Assembly (NCBI GenBank): GCA_023421395.1
Contig: JAEZTL010000021.1
Coordinates: 42,266 to 106,265 of the forward strand
Origin: Bacillota bacterium
GTDB lineage: Bacteria; Bacillota; Clostridia; Christensenellales; Aristaeellaceae
DNA: 64,000 nucleotides
Direction of reading: 5' to 3'
Part shown: positions 9,421-18,735 of the stretch, piece by piece
How the letters are laid out: every line of letters begins with the position of its first letter
Numbering within the stretch: the stretch's first letter is position 1
Position numbers and translations under genes: made by a program
Notes under the pieces: generated by a model
Databases searched by the model: none
What the model was told of the DNA's origin: nothing
The model's input: only the letters and a program-made list of their open reading frames with translations

Positions 9421-10941
9421 ATGAAAAAGCGATACCTGATTGGCCTGGACATCGGCACCTCAGGCGCCAAATGCATCATCGTGGACGACGTTGGCGCAGT
9501 GGTCGCGTCCTCGACGCAGGAGTACCCGCTATCCACGCCCAAACCGGGCTGGGCGGAGCAGGATCCCGCCGATTGGTGGGCGGGTATCGTCCGCGGCTGT
9601 CAGGCAATTATGAAGAAATTCCAGGGCGACGTGCGGGACATCGTGGGCGTCAGCTTTTCCGGCCAGATGCACGGGCTGGTGGCGCTAAATAAAGCCCGGG
9701 AAGTCATCCGCCCGTCGATTCTGTGGTGTGATTCCCGTACGCAGCCCCAGTGCGACTGGATCATCGAAAAGGCCGGCGGGCTTGATGGCCTTCTCAAGCT
9801 GACCAACAACAACATGCTGCCCGGCTATACCGGCGGGAAGATCATCTGGCTCAGGGACGAGGAGCCGGAGAAATTCGAGAAGATGGACAAGTTCGTCTGC
9901 CCGAAGGACTACATCCGTTACATGCTGACGGGTGAACTGGCCACCGAGGTATCCGACGGCTCCGGCACCGGCTTTTTCGACACGAAGAACCGCAAATGGT
10001 CGGATGAGTTGATTGCAAAATGCGGCCTCGACCGAGCGGTCTTCCCGACGGCGCTTGAATCCACCGACCGGGCGGGTTCTGTGACCCGAGAGGCCGCCGA
10101 GACAACCGGCCTTCCGGAAGGCCTGCCGGTGTTCGCCGGCGGCGGCGACGCGGTGATCCAGACCACCGGCGCGGGGCTCGTGAAGCCCGGCATTCTGGGC
10201 GTGGTGGTGGGCACCGCGGGCAACGTGGCGATGGGCTTGGACGGCTACTGTGAAAACCCCGAGGGCAAGCTGCAGATGTTCTGCAACAACGCGCCCCACC
10301 TGTGGCACGCACTGGGCTGCACGCTGGCAGCCGGCGGTTCCCTGCGCTGGTACCGGGATGCGCTGGGTGAGGACGCCGTGCGTACCGCGAAGGAACTGGG
10401 CCGCCACACCTACGCCTACATGGAGGACGCGGCAATCCAGGATTCCGCGCCCGGCTCGAACGGCGTGGTGTTCCTGCCGTACCTCGCGGGCGAGCGCTGC
10501 CCCTATTCCGATCCCAGCGCCCGCGGCGTCTTCTACGGCCTGTCTCTGGCTTCTACCCGCGGAGACATCACCCGCTCGGTGATGGAGGGCGTCACCTTCT
10601 CGCTCAAGCAGGTGATCGACCTGATCGCCGGCCTCGGGCGGACCGAAAAGGTCTACGCCTCCGGAGGCGGCTCCGCCTCCCCGCTGTGGCGGCAGATGAT
10701 GGCGGACATCTTCGAGCTGCCGGTCTACACGATGAGCGCGGCCAGCGAGGGCGGCGCCTACGGCGCGATGATGGTCGCGGGCGTCGGCGCGGGTGTGTGG
10801 GGAAGCCTCGACGAGGCGATCTCCGTGCTCCGGGTCGAGACGGAGACATTGCCCGATCCCACCACCCGGGGTGCCTACCATGACGCGTTTGCCAGGTACT
10901 CCGCACTCTACCACGCGCTGAAGCCGGTCTACGACATGTAG
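9421..10941 (+). CDS. xylB: FGGY-family carbohydrate kinase, xylulokinase-like
   Basis: GLDIGTSGAKC N-terminal ATPase motif, SFSGQMHG, ILWCDSR, PKDYIRYMLTG and FLPYLAGERCP all align well with my recollection of XylB. Start is ATG 9421, after AGGAGGAGG. Confidence 0.75.
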   Translation: MKKRYLIGLDIGTSGAKCIIVDDVGAVVASSTQEYPLSTPKPGWAEQDPADWWAGIVRGCQAIMKKFQGDVRDIVGVSFSGQMHGLVALNKAREVIRPSILWCDSRTQPQCDWIIEKAGGLDGLLKLTNNNMLPGYTGGKIIWLRDEEPEKFEKMDKFVCPKDYIRYMLTGELATEVSDGSGTGFFDTKNRKWSDELIAKCGLDRAVFPTALESTDRAGSVTREAAETTGLPEGLPVFAGGGDAVIQTTGAGLVKPGILGVVVGTAGNVAMGLDGYCENPEGKLQMFCNNAPHLWHALGCTLAAGGSLRWYRDALGEDAVRTAKELGRHTYAYMEDAAIQDSAPGSNGVVFLPYLAGERCPYSDPSARGVFYGLSLASTRGDITRSVMEGVTFSLKQVIDLIAGLGRTEKVYASGGGSASPLWRQMMADIFELPVYTMSAASEGGAYGAMMVAGVGAGVWGSLDEAISVLRVETETLPDPTTRGAYHDAFARYSALYHALKPVYDM

Positions 10942-10959
10942 TTTATCGTCTTTCCATGC

Positions 10960-10986
10960 AAAATGCCCGCGTAACGCGGGCATTTT
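10960..10986. terminator. Bidirectional intrinsic terminator after xylB
   Basis: AAAATGCCCGCG-TAA-CGCGGGCATTTTG: a perfect stem flanked by an A-tract and a T-tract. Confidence 0.8.
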
Positions 10987-11067
10987 GTTACGGCTCCCTC
11001 TGTGAGGGGTCAAGAGGGATGATCCCCCTTGCGGGTGGTTCGGAGGGCGGAGCCCTCCGGCGTCTCT

Positions 11068-11472
11068 TCACTTCTTGTACTCGCAGAACTCCAGCCGCTC
11101 GCCGTCGGGACCGGCGAAAAAGATGTTGCGGATGGAAAGTTCCGGGATGTCTACGATGTTTCCGGTTTCGAAGCGGACGTTCTTCTCGATCAGCTTGCAG
11201 ACGAGAGAATCGATGTCCGAAACCTCCAGGCATACGTGGTCGAAAAGCCCGGCCTGGCGCGGCTCGCCGCTTTTGCGCTGGATCAGTTCCAGCACGCAGG
11301 AACCGGCCTTAACAAACGAGATGTCGCAGGCGGGGAGTTGATAATCCCCGGTGCATTCGAAGCCGAGATCGTCCACGTAGAACAACTTGGAGCGGCTGAT
11401 GTCGGATACGTACAGCCCGATGTGGGCGAGTCCCCGGATGCTGCCCCCGCAATTTTCACATTTGCACGACAT
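11068..11472 (-). CDS. VOC / glyoxalase-family small protein
   Basis: 134 aa. LAHIGLYVSDISRSKLFY...FDHVCLEV..FCEYKK fits a glyoxalase/bleomycin-resistance fold. GGAGGG SD 6 nt upstream. The N-terminus is CKCENCGG. Confidence 0.65.
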   Translation of the reverse strand: MSCKCENCGGSIRGLAHIGLYVSDISRSKLFYVDDLGFECTGDYQLPACDISFVKAGSCVLELIQRKSGEPRQAGLFDHVCLEVSDIDSLVCKLIEKNVRFETGNIVDIPELSIRNIFFAGPDGERLEFCEYKK

Positions 11473-11683
11473 GTTGATCCCTCCGTACTGGCGATGCCTT
11501 TCAAATTATACCACGGGAGCCGGGTTTCGGGAAGCGAAATTTACCCAAAATAGCTTTTACGCCCGGAGACGCGAAGTATAATGAAATTGGTCGGCATTCC
11601 GTTTTCCGGGAGCCGAACCCAAGAGCTTTCCGGTTTTCCTGGTCGTCGGGTATCAAATTTGAACTCGAACGGAGGTTTTTTCC

Positions 11684-12313
11684 ATGAAGAACAATATCCG
11701 CCTCATGACCCTCACATCCCTTTTCATCGCGCTGATCGCCATTCTCAGCTTTACGCCCTTCGGGCTGATTTCGCTGGGCATTATCAACGTGACGATTCTC
11801 GCGATCCCGGTGATCATCGGCACCATCTTGCTGGGGCTTCAGCCCGGATTGGTGCTGGGGCTCGCCTTCGGGCTGATCAGCACGCTCAGCATGATCACCA
11901 CGCCCAAGTCGCTCCTGGCTACCACGCTGTACGCGGCAAACCCGCTCTTCGCGATCCTCATGTGCATCGTACCGAGGGTTCTGATCCCGGTGGTCACTTG
12001 GCTCGTCTTCCGGGCGGTATCGGGCAAGAATCCCCATAGGGCGGCGGCGCTGCCGATCGCGGCGGTGGCGGGTTCGGCCACGAACACGGTATTCTATCTG
12101 GGCCTGATGCTGCTGTTTTACCACATCATCGGCTTTGGCGACGAGGCGGTGAGTACGGCCCTCGCCACGCGGGACCTTCTGAGCTTTGACATGCTTCTGA
12201 AGTTCATTGCGGGCCTCACCGCGTCGGCTGGCATACCCGAGGCAATCGCCGCCGCGATCCTGACCACACCCATCGTGATGGCGCTGTGGAAGATTGAAAA
12301 AACGCGCGGATAG
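11684..12313 (+). CDS. ECF-transporter substrate-specific (S) component, probably pantothenate (PanT-like)
   Basis: 209 aa, about 6 TM helices, with an S-component-like N-terminus MKNNIRLMTLTSLFIALIAILSF. The substrate is inferred only from the tight link (11-nt gap) to coaX. Confidence 0.6.
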   Translation: MKNNIRLMTLTSLFIALIAILSFTPFGLISLGIINVTILAIPVIIGTILLGLQPGLVLGLAFGLISTLSMITTPKSLLATTLYAANPLFAILMCIVPRVLIPVVTWLVFRAVSGKNPHRAAALPIAAVAGSATNTVFYLGLMLLFYHIIGFGDEAVSTALATRDLLSFDMLLKFIAGLTASAGIPEAIAAAILTTPIVMALWKIEKTRG

Positions 12314-12324
12314 GAGAGAAACGC

Positions 12325-13095
12325 ATGATTCTGACCTTGGACGTGGGCAACACCAACATCAAGGCGGCGCTTTTTGACGGGGAGGAAATGGTAACCTACT
12401 TCCGCGTTTCCACCAACCGCCAGATGTCCTCCGACGAATACGGCATCCTGATGGTAAACCTGTTCGCCCACAACGGTGTCAGCATGAAGGGCGTGGAGGG
12501 CATCATCATGTCGTCGGTGGTTCCCACGGTCAACTTTACGCTGGAGCATATGTGCCGCAACTACTTCGGCATGGAACCCATGTATGTGGGCCCCGGCATC
12601 AAGACGGGCATCAACATCAAGTACGATAACCCGCGGGAACTGGGCGGTGACCGCATCGCCAACGCCGTCGCCGCCCACGCAATCTACGGCGGTCCCTGCA
12701 TCACCATTGATTTCGGCACCGCGACGACGTTCGGGGCGCTGTCCGCGAAGGGCGAATTCCTGGGCGGCGCGATCTGTCCAGGGCTGAAGCTGGCCGCGGA
12801 GGCGCTGACAGAGCACGCCGCGAAACTGCCGCGGTTTGAGCTGGCGAAGCCCGACAACGTCATCGGCCGCAACACCATCACCAACCTGCAGGCGGGCATC
12901 GTGTACGGCTATGTGGGACAGGTGACCTATCTCGTGCGGAAGTTCCGGGAAGAACTGAAAGCGCCAAGCGCCAAGGTGATCGCCACCGGGGGTCTGGCGC
13001 TGCTCGTTGCGGACGAGACGGATTCAATCGATGTACTGGACGGCATCCTCACGCTGAAGGGTCTCAGGATTCTCTACGAGCGAAACGTCGGCTAA
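12325..13095 (+). CDS. coaX: Type III pantothenate kinase
   Basis: MILTLDVGNTNIKAALF, GGDRIANAV, IDFGTATT and IATGG are the signature segments of CoaX. Confidence 0.93.
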   Translation: MILTLDVGNTNIKAALFDGEEMVTYFRVSTNRQMSSDEYGILMVNLFAHNGVSMKGVEGIIMSSVVPTVNFTLEHMCRNYFGMEPMYVGPGIKTGINIKYDNPRELGGDRIANAVAAHAIYGGPCITIDFGTATTFGALSAKGEFLGGAICPGLKLAAEALTEHAAKLPRFELAKPDNVIGRNTITNLQAGIVYGYVGQVTYLVRKFREELKAPSAKVIATGGLALLVADETDSIDVLDGILTLKGLRILYERNVG

Positions 13096-14067
13096 GAGAA
13101 AGTTCACCACGCCGGTGTAACTGGAAAGCCCCGCCGGCTGGCCGCTGAGGCGTAAAAACGCCTCCGCCGCGCGGTCGGAAAACGCGGCGAAGCCTGTGGA
13201 GGAATCCCCCAGATCGTCGATCCGAGTGAAGTCGCTGCGAACGCCGTCCGATAATTCCCGGCGGATGTCAAACCATTTGTCCATGTCGATGGCGCGCAGC
13301 GCGTCCATCGAATAGCGCAGCGCGTAAATCGTGCCCGCGTATTGAAAGCGAACGTTTCCCGTCATGCACGCGCGGTAGGCGGCGTAGTTGGCCTCGTCCT
13401 CCCGCGCGATGCCGGCGGCGTGGGCCAGTTCGTGGGACGCCAGAAAGGGCAGCGTGAAAGCGGGCTCGTCCGGGCTCACAATCGCCTCGCCCGTCCACGG
13501 CGAGTACAGTCCCGCGATCTTGAGCGCCCGGAGAATCTGCGGGTACCGCGAAAACTTGGGCTTTTGAAGCGGCAGCGCGGTGAGATCAAGAGCCGCTACC
13601 GCGTCCCGTGCCATGGCGAGGGTTTCCCCGGGTGAATCCTGCGCGTCCATGGCCTCCGCGCGCAGCGATTCCGCCTGATCGGCGAGCGTCCGGCTCAGCT
13701 TCATCAGACGCCAGGTTTCGTAGGGCTCTACCTCCATCGCAGGCACGTGGCAAAGCGGTACCCACAGCACCGCGTACACCAGGAATACCAGCGCGAGCGC
13801 GAAGGCGGGGCCCCTGGGCGCTCTGCGCCGCACGGCAGACCAGAGCAAGAGGAGGATCAGCACCGGCGCGCCGGCAAGCAGCATGACCTCGCCCACCGGC
13901 CAGCTTCCGGACGCGGCGGCCCGAGATATGAGCGAGGCCAGCGGCAGCGAGATATGGCCGGAAAACCAGGCCGAAAAGCCCGGAAGCAGCATAAAGGCCA
14001 GCGACAGGATCAGCGCCGCGGCCGTCGTCCAGAGCGCCTTGCGCATCTTCGCCACCTCCCGATCCAT
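13024..14067 (-). CDS. DUF3810-like membrane metallopeptidase-like protein
   Basis: N-terminal TM helices. HExxH in SHELAHAAGIAREDEANY. The overall layout resembles the DUF3810 family. The 3' end overlaps the coaX 3' end by 72 nt. Confidence 0.6.
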   Translation of the reverse strand: MDREVAKMRKALWTTAAALILSLAFMLLPGFSAWFSGHISLPLASLISRAAASGSWPVGEVMLLAGAPVLILLLLWSAVRRRAPRGPAFALALVFLVYAVLWVPLCHVPAMEVEPYETWRLMKLSRTLADQAESLRAEAMDAQDSPGETLAMARDAVAALDLTALPLQKPKFSRYPQILRALKIAGLYSPWTGEAIVSPDEPAFTLPFLASHELAHAAGIAREDEANYAAYRACMTGNVRFQYAGTIYALRYSMDALRAIDMDKWFDIRRELSDGVRSDFTRIDDLGDSSTGFAAFSDRAAEAFLRLSGQPAGLSSYTGVVNFLLADVSLVENPETLQREDAVQYID

Positions 14068-14209
14068 TCTATTCGGCCGCCTACGTTTCTGATGAAATTA
14101 TCCCATACGGACAGGTACAAAATCAAATGCAATAGATGGAAGCAATGACGCGGAATTAACACTTTTAGGGTATACTGAAACCAACGCGACGGTTGAAAGG
14201 AAGAGGCAG

Positions 14210-15610
14210 ATGCAGATCAAACTGGACATCAACCACATGATGAACGATTTTCTGGGCGGCGAGGGGCTGGACCGTGCCCAGGTGGAGAAAATGGCGCCCG
14301 CGCTGAAGAAGGCGCACGCCCAAGTGGAAGCCGGCCGCGGCAAGGGCATGCAGGGCTGGATGGATCTGCCCTACGACCAGGCGGAGATCGTTGCGGAGAT
14401 TGAAAAAAAGGCGGAGGCCATCCGCAAGGACTTTGACGCCTTCGTGGTGCTGGGCATCGGCGGCTCCGCGTTGGGCCCGGCGGCGGTGCATCAGGCGCTC
14501 AGCCACCTGCGCTACAATGATTTGCCGGATGGGAAGCGCCCCGGCCCCAGGCTCTACATTGAGGACAACATCGACCCGGAACGCATGGCGTCGCTCCTTG
14601 ATGTGATCGACGCGAAGCGGACATGCTTTAACGTCATCACCAAGTCCGGCGGCACCGCGGAGACGATGAGCCAGTACCTGATCGTGCTGGATCTTTTGAA
14701 AAAGGCCGTGGGGGAGGATTACCGCCGCAACATCCTCATCACCACCTCCAAGACCAAGGGTTTCCTCATCAAGATCGCACAGCGAGAGGGGTATGATACC
14801 TTCTTCATTCCGGACGGCGTCGGCGGCCGGTTCTCCGAGCTATCGCCGGTGGGCCTCGTCGCGGCGGCGGTTTCAGGCATCGACATCAAGGGGCTCCTTG
14901 CGGGCGCGAAGGCCATGGACGAGCGCTGCAAGACCGACGACATCTGGAAAAATCCGGCGCTTCTCGATGCGGGGCTGATGGTGCTGGCGATGGAGGCGGG
15001 CAAGAACGTGTCCGTCATGCTGCCGTATGCGGACTCCTTGAAGCTGATGAGCGACTGGTACGCGCAGCTCTGGGCCGAGAGCCTGGGCAAAAACGTAACG
15101 CTGGACGGCAAGCCCTGCGCGGTGGGCCAGACGCCGGTCAAGGCGCTGGGCGTCACCGATCAGCACTCGCAGCTGCAGCTGTACACGGAAGGCCCCTTCG
15201 ACAAGGTGATTACATTTCTGAAAGTGGAGAAATTCCGCGCCGAGACGAACATCCCGCACGGCTGCGACGACATCGAAACCATCGCGTTTCTGGGCGGCAA
15301 GACGCACAGCCAGTTGATCGAGGCGGAGCGCGCGGGCACCGAGTATGCGCTGTACAGAACCCGCAGGATGAGCCAGACCATTACGCTCCCCGAAGTGAAC
15401 GCCTCTACCGTCGGACAGCTTCTGTACTTTTTCGAGCTGGTCACCGCCTATGCGGGCGCGCTGCTTCATATCGACGCGTTCAATCAGCCGGGCGTCGAGG
15501 AATCCAAACTCGCCGCCTACGCGGTGATGGGCTTTGAGTCCGAGAAGCACGACGCCAAGCGCAGAGAAATGGAGAACCGGCCGGCGCCGAAGGCCGAATA
15601 TCTGCTGTAA
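14210..15610 (+). CDS. pgi: Glucose-6-phosphate isomerase (short bacterial type)
   Basis: 466 aa. VVLGIGGSALGP, NVITKSGGTAET, GGRFSELSPVGL and DQHSQLQLYTEGP are PGI signature regions. Confidence 0.9.
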   Translation: MQIKLDINHMMNDFLGGEGLDRAQVEKMAPALKKAHAQVEAGRGKGMQGWMDLPYDQAEIVAEIEKKAEAIRKDFDAFVVLGIGGSALGPAAVHQALSHLRYNDLPDGKRPGPRLYIEDNIDPERMASLLDVIDAKRTCFNVITKSGGTAETMSQYLIVLDLLKKAVGEDYRRNILITTSKTKGFLIKIAQREGYDTFFIPDGVGGRFSELSPVGLVAAAVSGIDIKGLLAGAKAMDERCKTDDIWKNPALLDAGLMVLAMEAGKNVSVMLPYADSLKLMSDWYAQLWAESLGKNVTLDGKPCAVGQTPVKALGVTDQHSQLQLYTEGPFDKVITFLKVEKFRAETNIPHGCDDIETIAFLGGKTHSQLIEAERAGTEYALYRTRRMSQTITLPEVNASTVGQLLYFFELVTAYAGALLHIDAFNQPGVEESKLAAYAVMGFESEKHDAKRREMENRPAPKAEYLL

Positions 15611-15617
15611 GCGCAAA

Positions 15618-15648
15618 GAAGGGGCGCGCTTTTTCAGCGCGCCCCTTC
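15618..15648. terminator. Intrinsic terminator shared by the convergent genes pgi and thiT
   Basis: GAAGGGGCGCGC-TTTTTCA-GCGCGCCCCTTC, a 12-bp GC-rich stem. Confidence 0.7.
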
Positions 15649-15662
15649 GCTGTCTTTCCGGT

Positions 15663-16487
15663 TCACATCGCCTTCCGGCCCAGACGCAGCATCTCCACCA
15701 GCCGGGAGACCCCGGGAATCAGCGACGCGCCCAGGCAGATCAGCGCGTCCGGCCCCAGGTAGGCGATGTTGTACACCAGTGAGTAGACGAGGACGTTCTG
15801 ATCGCCCGCGTATTCGGCGAAGAACACCACGCCGGACAGAACCGCCATCAGGTAGCGGCCCAGGCTTCCGATCACGATCGCCAGCGGCAGCTTCCAGTAC
15901 TTGGGCAGCGCCGTTTTTTCCGCGAAACCGCCCAACGCCAGCGCGGCGAAAGCCAGCGGATAATCCGAAAGCATCTGCAGCGGGTGGATCACGTAAGGGT
16001 CATACAGCAGCTGCAGGAAGCCGTAGGCACATCCCACCAGCGCACCCCGTACCGGCCCAAAGGCCACTGAGAAGGCGATGACCGGCAGCATCGAAAACAG
16101 CGTCACCGAGCCGCCCTGTGGGCTCTTGAACAGTCGGAGCGTCGAGAGCACGAAGGAGATGGCCACCGTCATCGCGGCGTAAGCCAGGATCTTTGCGTTC
16201 CACTGGGCCTTTCCGGCCCGGATGAGCGCGATGCCCAGCACCACCAGCGCGATCACCACCAGCCAGGTGTACCATTGCACGGCGGCCAGCTTTTCTGTAA
16301 GCAGAGAGTCTGTGAACCAGTTTCCGGCAGCATCCCCGGTTTCGGCCGGCGCCGCGGTTTCCTCGGGCAACGCGGTCTCGGCGGCGGAATCGGCGGGCGC
16401 TTCGGTGGCCTCGGCCATGCAGGGCAAGGCAAAAGCGAGCGCGAAGACGAAGATCAGGACCAAAAGGGCGGCGGACAGGCGTTTCAT
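15663..16487 (-). CDS. thiT: ECF-transporter thiamine S component ThiT with an N-terminal signal/TM plus acidic Ala/Glu/Pro-rich extension
   Basis: The C-terminal ~190 aa are polytopic and ThiT-like (WNAKILAYAAMTVAISFVLS...GGSVTLFSMLP). The gene sits directly behind a TPP riboswitch. I set the start at ATG 16487 (MKRLSAALL) with AGGGGGAAAC upstream. The ORF-track start at 16730 would read through the riboswitch. Confidence 0.8.
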   Translation of the reverse strand: MKRLSAALLVLIFVFALAFALPCMAEATEAPADSAAETALPEETAAPAETGDAAGNWFTDSLLTEKLAAVQWYTWLVVIALVVLGIALIRAGKAQWNAKILAYAAMTVAISFVLSTLRLFKSPQGGSVTLFSMLPVIAFSVAFGPVRGALVGCAYGFLQLLYDPYVIHPLQMLSDYPLAFAALALGGFAEKTALPKYWKLPLAIVIGSLGRYLMAVLSGVVFFAEYAGDQNVLVYSLVYNIAYLGPDALICLGASLIPGVSRLVEMLRLGRKAM

Positions 16488-16527
16488 GCGGTTTCCCCCT
16501 CTCCAGGATGGCGACCGCCTCGCAAAA

Positions 16528-16685
16528 GCGAATAAAGAAACCCGCATGCCATGCATGCGGGAAACGGAACGGCAACCCCGTAAGGGAGTGGCCATCCGCT
16601 TCCCTACGGTGGGATTACCCACGTCAGGTTCCAAGGGACCGGACGGATGAACCGTCCATCTCAGCTCGAAAGCGCCCCCAGCGGT
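16528..16685 (-). promoter_or_regulatory. TPP (THI-box) riboswitch with terminator expression platform
   Basis: Minus strand reads GGGGCGCUUUCGAGCUGAGAUGGACGGUUCAUCCGUCCGGUCCCUUGGAACCUGACGUGGGUAAUCCCACCGUAGGGAA, which contains the conserved CUGAGA, ACCCUU-like/GAACCUGA and GGGUAAU..CGUAGGGAA elements. It is followed by the terminator CCCGCAUG-CAUGG-CAUGCGGG plus UUUCUUUAUU (plus 16530..16563). Confidence 0.9.
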
Positions 16686-16694
16686 TGCAAGGCC

Positions 16695-16723
16695 ATTGTA
16701 TGCCGCCGCCGTGGGCCTGTCAA
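16695..16723 (-). promoter_or_regulatory. Sigma-70 type promoter of the TPP riboswitch-thiT unit
   Basis: Minus strand reads TTGACA - 17 nt - TACAAT. The -35 is plus 16718..16723 and the -10 is plus 16695..16700. Confidence 0.7.
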
Positions 16724-16755
16724 GGCGCAATACGTGGGATGGGAGAGAATTAACA

Positions 16756-17337
16756 ATGTCGAAAAGTCATTTTTACGCCTACATGGCCAGGATGCGACTG
16801 ATCAAGCGCTGGAATCTCCGCCGCGCGACCATCGAGGAAAACGACCAGGAGCACTCGCTACAGGTGGCGATGATCGCTCACGCGCTGGCGGTCATCGGGA
16901 AAAGGCGGTTCGCCACCCCGTATGACGAAGGCCTGGTGCTCAAGTACGCCATCTATCACGAGGCGGCGGAGGTCATCACAGGGGATTTGGCCTCGCCGAT
17001 CAAGTATTTCAACCCAGGCATCAAGACCGCCTTCAAGGAGATCGAGCGCATCGCCTCGGAGAAACTGCTGGGCTACCTGCCGGAAGATCTGCGGCCGGAA
17101 TACCAACCACTGCTGTTTCCCAACGACCGGAGCGGGGAATGGAGGCTGGTCAAGGCGGCGGACAAGATCTGCGCGTATTTGAAGTGCGTGGAGGAGCTGA
17201 GCATCGGCAACCGCGAGTTCGCCAGCGCGGAGGCGGACATCCGCGCCTCATTGGCGCGCCTCAACCTGCCGGAAGTGGACGAATTCATGCGGGAGTTTGC
17301 CCCCAGTTTCTCTATGCCGCTGGATCAGTTGGACTGA
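16756..17337 (+). CDS. HD-domain 5'-deoxynucleotidase (YfbR-like)
   Basis: MSKSHFYAYMARMRLIKRWN..ENDQEHSLQVAMIAH..YHEAAEVITGD has the HD-hydrolase metal ligands in YfbR-like spacing. Start is ATG 16756. Confidence 0.75.
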   Translation: MSKSHFYAYMARMRLIKRWNLRRATIEENDQEHSLQVAMIAHALAVIGKRRFATPYDEGLVLKYAIYHEAAEVITGDLASPIKYFNPGIKTAFKEIERIASEKLLGYLPEDLRPEYQPLLFPNDRSGEWRLVKAADKICAYLKCVEELSIGNREFASAEADIRASLARLNLPEVDEFMREFAPSFSMPLDQLD

Positions 17338-17565
17338 GTGTATTTCTGTTAATTTGCGTAAAGTGCGTTAAGTATACCATGCGCCTAAATGAAAAGTAGG
17401 CGTTTTGGGAGGGTATCCAAAGACGACAAATGCCCCGAAACAATTTTGTGAAGATCATCGGTGGTATTTGTTCGCATAATTGAGTATAATTTGTACAGTA
17501 GAGCGACGGCGCATGCGCAAGCGTTGCGCGTGCTTCGCCGCTTCAATCGTGAGGAGGATTTGTCT

Positions 17566-18687
17566 ATGGCAAACGTATCCTTGAAGCATATCTACAAGGT
17601 ATATGCTGGCAACGTGACTGCTGTAAGCGATTTCTGTCTGGACATCGAAGACAAGGAGTTCATCGTGCTGGTCGGGCCGTCTGGCTGTGGCAAGTCCACC
17701 ACTCTGCGCATGGTTGCCGGTCTTGAGGAGATTTCCGAAGGCGAGCTCTACATCGCTGATCGTCTGGTCAACGATGTGGCCCCCAAGGATCGCGACATCG
17801 CGATGGTGTTCCAAAACTACGCGCTCTATCCTCATATGACGGTGTATGACAACATGGCTTTCGGCCTCAAGCTACGCAAAACGCCCAAGGCGGAGATCGA
17901 GCGCCGTGTCCGTGAAGCCGCGAAGATCCTGGACATTGAGCACCTGCTGGGCCGCAAGCCCAAGGCGCTGTCGGGCGGTCAGCGCCAGCGCGTCGCGCTG
18001 GGCCGCGCCATCGTTCGCGAGCCCAAGGTATTCCTGATGGACGAACCGCTGTCCAACCTGGACGCGAAGCTGCGCGTACAGATGAGAACGGAGATCACCA
18101 AGCTCCACCAGCGGCTGCAGACCACCTTCATCTACGTCACCCACGACCAGACCGAGGCCATGACGATGGGTTCCCGCATCGTGGTCATGAAGGACGGCTT
18201 CATCCAGCAGGTGGATACCCCGCAGAACCTTTATGATTTCCCGACGAACCACTTCGTCGCGGGCTTCATCGGCACTCCGCAGATGAACTTCTTCAACGTC
18301 AAGCTGGTCAAGCGGGACGGCGGCGTGTACGCCACCTTCGGCGAAAATGCCATCAAGGTGCCCGAGGGCAAGCTGAAGAAGTTTGTGTCGGACAGCTACA
18401 TCGGCAAGGACGTCATCATGGGCATCCGCCCGGAGAACATCCACGACGAGGAAATCTTCCTGGCCAACGCCACTGAGTCCACCATCCCCGTGATCGTTGA
18501 AATCGTGGAACTGATGGGCTCCGAGACGTACCTCTACCTCAAGACCTCCGGCAAAGAAGACAACATCATCGGCCGCGTTGACCCGCGCTCCACCGCGCGC
18601 GGCGGCGACAAGATCAAAGTCGCCTTTGACGCCAACCGGCTGCACTTCTTTGACGCGGAGACCTTCAACACCATCCTCAACCGCTGA
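17566..18687 (+). CDS. Sugar-type ABC transporter ATP-binding protein (MsmK/MsmX/UgpC/MalK class), orphan
   Basis: Walker A GPSGCGKST, signature LSGGQRQRV, Walker B FLMDEPLSNLD, and a C-terminal MalK-type regulatory domain. Start is ATG 17566 after GAGGAGGA. No permease or binding-protein gene is adjacent. Confidence 0.9.
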   Translation: MANVSLKHIYKVYAGNVTAVSDFCLDIEDKEFIVLVGPSGCGKSTTLRMVAGLEEISEGELYIADRLVNDVAPKDRDIAMVFQNYALYPHMTVYDNMAFGLKLRKTPKAEIERRVREAAKILDIEHLLGRKPKALSGGQRQRVALGRAIVREPKVFLMDEPLSNLDAKLRVQMRTEITKLHQRLQTTFIYVTHDQTEAMTMGSRIVVMKDGFIQQVDTPQNLYDFPTNHFVAGFIGTPQMNFFNVKLVKRDGGVYATFGENAIKVPEGKLKKFVSDSYIGKDVIMGIRPENIHDEEIFLANATESTIPVIVEIVELMGSETYLYLKTSGKEDNIIGRVDPRSTARGGDKIKVAFDANRLHFFDAETFNTILNR

Positions 18688-18735
18688 GGAAAGGGCGCGC
18701 CGGCGCGCTGAAGGCGTTATTTGTTGATTAATTTT

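Noticed and set aside
16488-16730. N-terminal 81 codons of the ORF-track version of thiT (15663..16730).
   Set aside because: This region is the TPP riboswitch and its terminator. An ATG with a strong SD at 16487 gives the real start.
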